64,000 bases of DNA from Agathobacter rectalis (GTDB lineage: Bacteria; Bacillota; Clostridia; Oscillospirales; Acutalibacteraceae), in contig CAVHPP010000009.1 in NCBI GenBank assembly GCA_963638105.1, positions 351 through 64,350 on the forward strand, read 5' to 3'. The notes under the pieces were generated by a model. The model made no database searches and was not told the origin of the DNA. It saw only the letters and a program-made list of their open reading frames with translations. The position numbers and the translations under genes were made by a program. Shown here piece by piece: positions 40,313 through 48,055 of the stretch. The number at the start of each line of letters is the position of its first letter. Position 1 is the stretch's first letter.

Positions 40313-40374
40313 ATAGCCGATTTTGGTGCAGTCTGTTTTCTTCTGCCCAAAAAGGAAATCGGAGGTGCAAATCT

Positions 40375-43300
40375 ATGCGCAAAAAACTAACCGGCAAACG
40401 GCTGATTGCAGTTTTCCTTGCAGTGCTGATGGCACTCACTTGCTTTACTGCTCTGCCTTTTGCTGCTTCTGCCGCCACCCCGGCAACTTCTGCCGGTGGT
40501 AAGTATGTTTTTGCCTATTTTACCGGCAACAACACCAGTGAACAGAAGATTCGCTTTGCTGTTTCTGACGACGGCTACAACTTTACTGCCATCAACGGCA
40601 ACCAGCCTGTTGCAGAGCAGACTACCGGTACCGGCTGTGCCCGTGACCCGTACCTGTTCCGCGGCCAGGACGGCTACTACTATATGGTAGCAACGGATAT
40701 GGACGCTTCCCTTGGCTGGTGGGATGTGAACGACGCTATGACCGTGTGGCGTTCTGCGGATCTGGTAAATTGGTCCGATGAGTCCCATATCTCCATTAAG
40801 GATGTGAAGAATGCAGACGGCACTTCTGCTTTGCCTGCCAATGAAACGGTTCATTGCTTTTGGGCGCCTCAGGTGATCTGGGACGCTTCCACCGGCAAGT
40901 ATATGGTGTATTTCTCTCTGTCCACCTCCAGCTTTACCGGCGGTTCAGAACAGAAGATTTATTATATGCTTACGGACAATCTGATGGATGTGACCCATTA
41001 CAGCGCGCCTCAGTTGCTGTATAAGAATCCCAACGGTGACGCCTCTATTGATGCGGATATTATGTACGACTCCGCAAACGGCATTTATTATATGTATTAT
41101 AAGAATGAGGCGGACGGGGAGAAGACCATCTACTATGTGTCCTCCACGGATCTGAAAGACGCGGAGCAGTATTCCGCCTGCACGCCTGTTAAGGTTTACA
41201 ACAGCCGTTCCACAAAAATGGAGGGGTGCAACTCCCACTTTATTACCGGCACCAACACCATGGTGATGCTGGCAGATGAGTACGGCAACAGCGGTCACTA
41301 TCTGGCGTTCCAGTCTACGGACTTTAAGAACTTTGAAAAGCTCACGGACAGCCAGTATACCTTGAACCAGCTGTCTCCCCGTCACGGCTCCGTGCTGGCC
41401 ATTACCGATGAGGAATATAATACCATGCTCAAGGCCCAGCGCTCTACGGATATGCGCTATCGCTTTGACTCCGACCTGAACCTGACCTCTGACTGGACCT
41501 ATACCAAGCAGACGGATTCCAGCGGCTACACCTATGAGTACCAGCTGAACAAGGCCGGTATTGCAGAGCAGGGCGGCAAGCTGTGGCTCAATCAGGGTCA
41601 GGTGTTTGTCAACGACCCGGTGATTCAGGCACTGATGAAAACAGACAGCTTTACCGTGTCCTTTAGCCACACCCGGCTGACGGACGATAACGACCTGGGC
41701 ACTGCAGGCACCGTGTTTGCACTGGCTGCTGCGGACAAAGACTTTATCCGCGTTGGCTGCGACGGCACGCTTTCCGTTTATTCCGGCGGCGCCAATAAGA
41801 CCGCTGCCAACAAGGTGACCGTACCTGCCGGTCAGGAGGCCAACTATACCATTTCTTATAACGGCAAAGAAACAGTCCTTTATGTGAACGGCAAGCTGGC
41901 CGCCACAGTGGAGGGCGTGATTGATGCCCGGGAAGTAGCCGACGGCGCTGCATTTTATGTGGGTCTTGGCTATTCCGACGCGGCCAACAAAGACAATGCC
42001 GTGCGTATGATCGGCAATTACGGCAACTTGCAGTTCTCTGCCGCTTCTGCCCAGGGTACCCAGTCCCAGCTGACTACGCAGGTGGCTGCCTTTGAGGCCC
42101 TGCTTCAGGGCGGTAAGCTGTACACCAACGCTTCTGCTGCTTACGCTGCTTATGTGCAGGCCAACCGTCTGCTGGACGCTGTGCGTTACGGCGGGGTCGA
42201 TGTGTCTGCTGCCCGGCTGAAAGCAGCCACGGACGCACTGATTGCCGGTATGGCTGCCATGCGGGAATACACCCAGCCCCAGATGGGCAAGGGCTACTTT
42301 GGCACCACGGAGGCCACCGACGGCTACACCGATGTGCTGTACAGCACCAAGGATTATGTGTACAGTGGCGAAACCACCGCTGACAGCTACCAGAGTATCG
42401 GTTATGTGAACTTTAAGATCGCCAGCCCCAGCACCACCGTGCTGCTGAAAAACGGCGACAGCACCCCCGGCTTCCCGGTGGTTGTGGAGAGCAAAAAGAA
42501 AGAGAACAGCAGCGGCAGTATCTTCAACAAAAAGACCACTTACGGCAAGATCGCCTATGTGGCGCCTTTGAGCAGTGGCTTAATGCTCAATCACCTGTGG
42601 TACGGTTATGCGGATGCGGATGGTGCGTATAAAACCTGGCCCGGGAAGACCGCCACCAGCAACAACGCTACCTTTGGTTATCAGGCTGGCACCACGGCAG
42701 ATATGACCGCCAACCAGGACAATACCGGCACTTCCCGGTTCTGGAACAACCAGGCATTCCTGAACCCCACCTTCGGCACCAATGAATATGCCAAGACCTA
42801 CACCGGCTTACAGTTCACCGCCAAGGTGATCGGTAACCGGAACAATGAGAATACTGACAACGCAGCGGAGAACCTGACCCTGAACAGCACCCAGTATGTG
42901 CTTAATTACACGCCCCTGGCAAATGCTGTGGCCGGTCTGGACACCACCACGCAAAAGCAGGTAGCCACCCGGTACAAAGAGGGCGGGCTGGCAGATCTGC
43001 TGGCCAAGGCGGATACCGTTAGCGGTGTCAACCCGGCAGCTTATAACTATGCTTTTGATCTTTCCGGTGCAGTAGCTAACTATCAGGCTGACGCAGCCGC
43101 AGCGATGACTGCTTATCATGCAGCTACGGTAAACACCGCTGCCGATGTTTATACCAACTTGCGCACGGCAATGGACAACTGCATGAGCACCTACGCCGTA
43201 GGCAACACGGTGCTGGATAACGGTTCTACCAAATATGTGACTGCTTTGTGGAGCGACTTTCTACAGGCTTATCAGGCAGCACAGAGCGCTTTTGCCGACC

Positions 43301-44664
43301 TGAAAGATAATGACTATAAAAAGGACGGCAGTGCCCTGCAAACCTTGGCCGATAACTTGCAAAAGGCGTATGACGCCCTGTGCGGTTACGGTGCATACGA
43401 GGCACTGGACAGCGCAGTCAGCCGGGTAAAGACTGTGGTGGCTGCCGGTAAGGACGGCTACTATGCCGCCGACAAGTACCAAGCACTGGAGCAGGCCTTG
43501 ACCGATGTGTTGGCCACCGCCTACACCAAGGACGGCACCGCTTATGCGCTGAGCGAAAAGCAGCAGACGACCATTGACGCTTGCACGGCACAGCTGTTGT
43601 CCGCTTATACCGACTGTATGTACAGCAACCGGTTTAAGGTGACCTTTACCGCAGACGGTCAAACGGTCAGCACCGATTCTTACGACGCCAACGCCACAGT
43701 GACTCTGACTGCACCCAATGCCACCAACGGCACCTGGACCGTCAATGGCGTAACCGTAGCAGGGGAGGGCGCCAGCTACACCTTTGAGGTGGTGGCTGAC
43801 AGCGCCGTAACCTTTACCTCTGCCGCTGCGGCAGATACCGTGACGGTGACCAACCTGTCCGCCTTCGGCGACAGTGTGTACAGCCAGTACGCGGTGACTG
43901 CGGACAAGACCCTGTCTACCGTACTGGCAGCAGCCCCTGCCCGCACTTTGGTGGGCTACCACTTGGACGGCTGGCTTGTGAACGGCCAAAACGCCGCCAA
44001 GTTAGACAGCAGCAAGGCAGTGACTGCCTTTGCTAAGAACGGCACAGTCCTGATCAAGCCGGTGTACAGCGCCAATGCAGGTACATATACCTTTGACGCA
44101 CCGTATACCCTGACTTCCGATGCAGCAGACTTCCTGTGCTGGGCGCTGCCGGTAGACGGCAACACCTATCGTGTGGTCAGCTACTCTGCCACCTATAACT
44201 GCTACGCCACCGGCGCCAAGAGCGACTTTGTGGCAATTACGGAGTCCAACTTCAATCAGTACACCTTGCAGGGTGTGACTTCCATTGTCCAGTTGCAGCA
44301 AAAGGCACCCATTGCTTCCCTGCGCGGCGCTGGGGAAGACGCTTCTTCCCAGAACGGTCAGGTGTGGAACACAGAGATCGGCAAGCTGACCTTTGTGGCG
44401 CAATACACCCAGGGCGCAGACCCGGCCTATACGGTCACCGCCTGCGGCTTGGAGTTCAACAACGGCGCAGACGGTAAGGGCACCAAGACAGTGATCACCA
44501 AGTCCAACAGTCAGACGGACAGCTGCCAGTACCTGATCAGCTACACCTTCAGCAACCCGGCGGGGCAGACCTACTCTGCGCGCAGCTATGTGGTTTATAC
44601 AGACGGCCAGGGTCAGCGCCATACCTCTTACAGCCCGTGGACCAATGTGACTTTGGCAAAATAA
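40375..44664 (+). CDS. secreted multidomain protein: signal peptide, GH43-like five-bladed propeller, LamG/concanavalin-like domain, long uncharacterised C-terminal region with helical FIVAR-like modules and Ig-like repeats
   Basis: Signal peptide MRKKLTGKRLIAVFLAVLMALTCFTALPFAASA. GH43-type catalytic triad contexts RDPYLF, FWAPQV and KMEGCN. A LamG-like segment spans about aa 395-590. Repeated helical Y..A.W..F..A...A motifs. No LPXTG, SLH or choline-binding anchor seen. Confidence 0.75.
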   Translation: MRKKLTGKRLIAVFLAVLMALTCFTALPFAASAATPATSAGGKYVFAYFTGNNTSEQKIRFAVSDDGYNFTAINGNQPVAEQTTGTGCARDPYLFRGQDGYYYMVATDMDASLGWWDVNDAMTVWRSADLVNWSDESHISIKDVKNADGTSALPANETVHCFWAPQVIWDASTGKYMVYFSLSTSSFTGGSEQKIYYMLTDNLMDVTHYSAPQLLYKNPNGDASIDADIMYDSANGIYYMYYKNEADGEKTIYYVSSTDLKDAEQYSACTPVKVYNSRSTKMEGCNSHFITGTNTMVMLADEYGNSGHYLAFQSTDFKNFEKLTDSQYTLNQLSPRHGSVLAITDEEYNTMLKAQRSTDMRYRFDSDLNLTSDWTYTKQTDSSGYTYEYQLNKAGIAEQGGKLWLNQGQVFVNDPVIQALMKTDSFTVSFSHTRLTDDNDLGTAGTVFALAAADKDFIRVGCDGTLSVYSGGANKTAANKVTVPAGQEANYTISYNGKETVLYVNGKLAATVEGVIDAREVADGAAFYVGLGYSDAANKDNAVRMIGNYGNLQFSAASAQGTQSQLTTQVAAFEALLQGGKLYTNASAAYAAYVQANRLLDAVRYGGVDVSAARLKAATDALIAGMAAMREYTQPQMGKGYFGTTEATDGYTDVLYSTKDYVYSGETTADSYQSIGYVNFKIASPSTTVLLKNGDSTPGFPVVVESKKKENSSGSIFNKKTTYGKIAYVAPLSSGLMLNHLWYGYADADGAYKTWPGKTATSNNATFGYQAGTTADMTANQDNTGTSRFWNNQAFLNPTFGTNEYAKTYTGLQFTAKVIGNRNNENTDNAAENLTLNSTQYVLNYTPLANAVAGLDTTTQKQVATRYKEGGLADLLAKADTVSGVNPAAYNYAFDLSGAVANYQADAAAAMTAYHAATVNTAADVYTNLRTAMDNCMSTYAVGNTVLDNGSTKYVTALWSDFLQAYQAAQSAFADLKDNDYKKDGSALQTLADNLQKAYDALCGYGAYEALDSAVSRVKTVVAAGKDGYYAADKYQALEQALTDVLATAYTKDGTAYALSEKQQTTIDACTAQLLSAYTDCMYSNRFKVTFTADGQTVSTDSYDANATVTLTAPNATNGTWTVNGVTVAGEGASYTFEVVADSAVTFTSAAAADTVTVTNLSAFGDSVYSQYAVTADKTLSTVLAAAPARTLVGYHLDGWLVNGQNAAKLDSSKAVTAFAKNGTVLIKPVYSANAGTYTFDAPYTLTSDAADFLCWALPVDGNTYRVVSYSATYNCYATGAKSDFVAITESNFNQYTLQGVTSIVQLQQKAPIASLRGAGEDASSQNGQVWNTEIGKLTFVAQYTQGADPAYTVTACGLEFNNGADGKGTKTVITKSNSQTDSCQYLISYTFSNPAGQTYSARSYVVYTDGQGQRHTSYSPWTNVTLAK

Positions 44665-44676
44665 GGAGAAACAGGA

Positions 44677-44820
44677 ATGAAGAAACTGAAATATACCAAG
44701 CCTGAGGCGGAAGTGGTGCACTTCCAGCTGATGGACGGGGATCTGTACACCCTGTCCGGCGGTCAAAACGGTAACGAGACCGGCGGCGGCAGCGACCCCT
44801 TTGACGACAGCCAGTTTTAA
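44677..44820 (+). CDS. unlisted 47-aa ORF (MKKLKYTKPEAEVVHFQLMDGDLYTLSGGQNGNETGGGSDPFDDSQF), leader-peptide-like
   Basis: AAGGAGA at 44663-44669 lies 7 nt before the ATG and 12 nt after the upstream stop. GC3-rich, host-like codons. A strong terminator follows directly. Too short for the supplied ORF track. Confidence 0.6.
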   Translation: MKKLKYTKPEAEVVHFQLMDGDLYTLSGGQNGNETGGGSDPFDDSQF

Positions 44821-44831
44821 CGGCAACCTTG

Positions 44832-44865
44832 CAGACGGCAGCGCTCTTGCTGCCGTCTGTTTTTA
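44832..44865 (+). terminator. rho-independent terminator
   Basis: 11-bp perfect stem CAGACGGCAGC / GCTGCCGTCTG followed by TTTTTATGTTTT. Confidence 0.9.
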
Positions 44866-44990
44866 TGTTTTGGACAAAAATGTGAAAGTCCTTGCGCATA
44901 AGATACAAGACATTTGGTGAATATCGCATAAAAATAGGCAAAATCACGAAAAAACAGATAAAAAATCGTGAGTAATCGCTCACTTTTCTA

Positions 44991-45019
44991 TTGCAATTTG
45001 GATTTAATGGTGTTATGAT
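44991..45019 (+). promoter_or_regulatory. sigma-A type promoter of gdhA (TTGCAA-17 nt-TATGAT)
   Basis: Hexamers and spacing counted in the sequence, within an AT-rich intergenic region. Confidence 0.6.
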
Positions 45020-45035
45020 GAATTTGGCAAGGAGA

Positions 45036-45065
45036 TACTGAACAGAATTCCGTTTCTGTTCAGTA
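45036..45065 (+). promoter_or_regulatory. perfect 12-bp inverted repeat TACTGAACAGAA-N6-TTCTGTTCAGTA in the gdhA leader
   Basis: Lies 17 nt downstream of the -10 hexamer and 30 nt upstream of the gdhA ATG. No T run follows, so it is not a classical terminator. Confidence 0.6.
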
Positions 45066-45094
45066 CCAAATTATAACTGCCTGGGGGATTTTGT

Positions 45095-46444
45095 ATGAAT
45101 GCATATATTCAAAGCGTAATTGATACCGTTAAGCGCCGGGACAATGCCAAGCCTGAGTATATCCAAAGCGTGGAAGAAGTGTTTGGCTCCCTGTCACCGG
45201 TGATTGAGCAGCACCCGGAGTATGTGGAGGACGATATTCTTACCCGTATGGTGGAGCCGGACCGACTGATCACTTTTCGTGTGGCTTGGGTGGACGACGA
45301 CGGTAAGACCCGTATCAACCGTGGCTACCGTGTGCAGTTTAACTCATCCATCGGCCCGTATAAGGGCGGCTTGCGGTTCCATCCCAGCGTGAACTCCAGT
45401 ATTATGTATTTCCTTGGGTTTGAACAGACCTTCAAGAACAGCCTGACCGGTCTGCCTATGGGCGGCGCCAAGGGCGGATCGGACTTTGACCCCCGGGGCA
45501 AGAGCAAGGGCGAGGTTATGCGCTTTTGCCAGGCGTTTATGACGGAGCTGTACCGGCATATCGGCCCCAATGTGGATGTGCCTGCCGGCGACATTGGCGT
45601 AGGCGCCCGGGAGATTGGCTTCCTGTTTGGTCAGTATAAGCGTATTTCTGACGCATTTGAGAACGGCGTAATCACCGGCAAGGGTCTGTCCTACGGTGGT
45701 TCCTTGATCCGCCCGGAGGCCACCGGCTACGGCGCGATTTACTATACCTGTGAGGTGTTTAAGCACCAGCACGATGATATTAAGGGCAAGACTTTTGTGG
45801 TCTCCGGCTTCGGTAATGTGGCCTGGGGCGCGATTAAGAAGATCACCCAGTTGGGCGGCAAGGCGCTGACCATCAGCGGCCCGGACGGCTATGTGTATGA
45901 CCCGGACGGTATCGCAACGGAGGAGAAGATCAATTATCTGCTGGAAATGCGGGCCTCCGGTCGCGATCGCGTGCAGGACTATGCGGACAAATTCGGTGCA
46001 GAGTTCCACCCGGGAGAGAAGCCTTGGAGCGTTAAGGGCGATGTGATCCTGCCTTGTGCCACCCAGAACGAGGTGACCTTGGAGGACGCCAAGAAGATCG
46101 TTGCCAACGGCGTGAAATATTACATAGAGGTGTCCAATATGCCCACCACTGCGGACGCGCTTAATTACTTAATGGAGCAAAAAGGCCTGATCGTTGCACC
46201 GTCTAAGGCTGTGAACGCCGGCGGCGTGTGCGTGTCCGGTTTGGAAATGAGTCAAAACTCCCAGCGCCTGTCCTGGACAGCGGAGGAAGTGGACGCCAAA
46301 CTGCACCAGGCCATGATCAATATTCATCAGCATTCCGTAGAAGCCGCAGCGCGCTACGGTCTGGGCTATAACCTGGTAGCCGGTGCCAATATCGCCGGTT
46401 TTGAAAAGGTCGCAGACGCTATGCTGGCCCAGGGTATTTATTAA
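45095..46444 (+). CDS. gdhA: NADP-specific glutamate dehydrogenase
   Basis: 449 aa. KGGLRFHP and GGAKGG motifs, GFGNVAWG dinucleotide fold. Confidence 0.95.
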   Translation: MNAYIQSVIDTVKRRDNAKPEYIQSVEEVFGSLSPVIEQHPEYVEDDILTRMVEPDRLITFRVAWVDDDGKTRINRGYRVQFNSSIGPYKGGLRFHPSVNSSIMYFLGFEQTFKNSLTGLPMGGAKGGSDFDPRGKSKGEVMRFCQAFMTELYRHIGPNVDVPAGDIGVGAREIGFLFGQYKRISDAFENGVITGKGLSYGGSLIRPEATGYGAIYYTCEVFKHQHDDIKGKTFVVSGFGNVAWGAIKKITQLGGKALTISGPDGYVYDPDGIATEEKINYLLEMRASGRDRVQDYADKFGAEFHPGEKPWSVKGDVILPCATQNEVTLEDAKKIVANGVKYYIEVSNMPTTADALNYLMEQKGLIVAPSKAVNAGGVCVSGLEMSQNSQRLSWTAEEVDAKLHQAMINIHQHSVEAAARYGLGYNLVAGANIAGFEKVADAMLAQGIY

Positions 46445-46471
46445 AAATCCATTTTATCCCATAAATTCGTA

Positions 46472-46506
46472 ACCCCCGGTACGCTTTGTATCGGGGGTAT
46501 TTAATT
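46472..46506 (+). terminator. probable terminator after gdhA
   Basis: Stem ACCCCCG / CGGGGGT followed by ATTTAATT, a weak T tract. Confidence 0.5.
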
Positions 46507-46683
46507 GGCAATTATTGCTAAAATGTATCGCTAATGTTTGTGTAAATTGTATAATGAATTTTTATTATAAATGTGCTATTGTTTAGTTGAGAATAAAGAA
46601 TGAAGAAATGATAAAGCGGGAGGTGATTTGCACATATTTTGCGTTATTGTTTCACTCACTGACAAAAAGGAGAGAAGAATATA

Positions 46684-47973
46684 ATGAAAAAGACATTATC
46701 TGTATTTTTAAGTTTGGTTATGTTGCTTAGTTGCTTGTGCTTTGGCAGTATAACTGCACAGGCAGGAAAAGGAGAGGCAAAAAATATCACATCGTTATAT
46801 GATGCGGAGCACCAAACACTTTATATTCAAGGCAAAGGGAAAATTCCGGATGAGTATTTGGGATTGGAAGGAGATGCGGCCGATGATTGGCGTTGTACCT
46901 ATTTTCATCCGGATTCCACAATAACCATTACAGAACCGGACGGCACGGTAACAGTAATTGGACCGGATAATCCATTTGTGCAGGATACGCTGTTGCGGTA
47001 TCAGTATCCAGACTGGTATATGAATATGACACGCCATGTCAAAAAATTGGTAATAGGCGAGGGGATTACGGAAATCGGAGCTAGTGCATTTGCGGGCACA
47101 TTTGATTCTTTAGAGAAAGTTGTACTACCGAGTACATTGAAAACCATTAACAATTATGCGCTTTCAAATTCCAGTCTGCAAAGCATTACAATTCCAGCGA
47201 CCGTTCAACTGGTATATCCCGAGTTTATTTCTGGCAATAAAAACGCTAAAGTCATATTTAAGGGGAAGTCTACAAAAATTTTTGAATCCTATACGGGCAT
47301 GATTGGAAGTTATGATTATTTGCTTTACTGTCTGGCGGGTTCAAAAATTGAAAAGCAGTGCAAGTACTATGAAAAAAATAGTCAAGCAATAGAAAAAAGT
47401 AGGTTTAAGACCATCAAAACCCCGGCGCAGGTGAGCGGGGTAAAAGCCGGCACCACCGGCAGCACGGTAAAGCTCACCTGGAACAAGGCCAAGTACGCCA
47501 ATCGGTACAAGGTGCAGCGGTATGTGGTCAGCCAAAAGAAGTGGAAGACTTACGCTACTGTCACCGGCACCAGCTATACTTTTAAGAATATGGCCGGGTC
47601 TACCAATTACCGGTTCCGTGTAATTGGCGTGAACCGCATTTGCGATGCAGATTTTAGCGGCAAAGCCAGCAAGGAGTGCAAGGCCAAGACCAAGTTCGGC
47701 AAGGTGCTGGGCGTGAAAGTCAGCGCCAAGAGCGGCGCACTGAGCGTTAAGTGGAACGCCGTGCGAGAAGCGAAAAGCTACCAGGTGTATTACGCCACCA
47801 AGAAAGACGGCAGCTACAAGAAGCTGGGCACCGCCAACGGCACTTCCTTTAAGAAAAAGGTCACCAAAGGCAAGACCTACTATGTAAAAGTCCGTGCAGT
47901 CAAAAAGAACAGCAAGGGCAAAACCGTCTACGGCGCGTATTCCGATGTGAAGACTGTATATGTAGATTGGTAA
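46684..47973 (+). CDS. secreted BspA-type leucine-rich-repeat protein with two C-terminal fibronectin type III-like domains
   Basis: Signal peptide MKKTLSVFLSLVMLLSCLCFGSITAQA. LRR_5-like repeats (I.EGITEIGASAF.....L..V.LP.TL..I...A). Two FN3-like modules (V.L.W....A..Y.V.R; LSVKWNAV..A.SYQVYY). Confidence 0.75.
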   Translation: MKKTLSVFLSLVMLLSCLCFGSITAQAGKGEAKNITSLYDAEHQTLYIQGKGKIPDEYLGLEGDAADDWRCTYFHPDSTITITEPDGTVTVIGPDNPFVQDTLLRYQYPDWYMNMTRHVKKLVIGEGITEIGASAFAGTFDSLEKVVLPSTLKTINNYALSNSSLQSITIPATVQLVYPEFISGNKNAKVIFKGKSTKIFESYTGMIGSYDYLLYCLAGSKIEKQCKYYEKNSQAIEKSRFKTIKTPAQVSGVKAGTTGSTVKLTWNKAKYANRYKVQRYVVSQKKWKTYATVTGTSYTFKNMAGSTNYRFRVIGVNRICDADFSGKASKECKAKTKFGKVLGVKVSAKSGALSVKWNAVREAKSYQVYYATKKDGSYKKLGTANGTSFKKKVTKGKTYYVKVRAVKKNSKGKTVYGAYSDVKTVYVDW

Positions 47974-47999
47974 AATCGTTGCGGCGGTCGGGCGTGTGC

Positions 48000-48028
48000 T
48001 TGACCGCCGCTGCTGCGTATGTTAAAAT
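48000..48028 (+). promoter_or_regulatory. sigma-A type promoter (TTGACC-17 nt-TAAAAT)
   Basis: The -35 hexamer is embedded in the 3' arm of the hairpin GCGGCGGTC/GACCGCCGC (47981-48010). Confidence 0.55.
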
Positions 48029-48055
48029 GAGAAAAATCCTTTTGGCGGTGATCTG

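Noticed and set aside
44677-44820. Calling the 47-aa ORF a bona fide lasso-peptide biosynthetic gene cluster.
   Set aside because: No Asn-synthetase-like cyclase, transglutaminase-like leader peptidase, PqqD-like RRE, kinase or dedicated exporter is encoded anywhere in the window. Only the precursor-like features are real observations, so I report it as a candidate peptide rather than a cluster.
46445-47415. AT-rich island considered as a mobile element or prophage remnant.
   Set aside because: I saw no integrase, transposase or recombinase ORF, no tRNA attachment site and no clear flanking direct or inverted repeats. Only the compositional break is supported.
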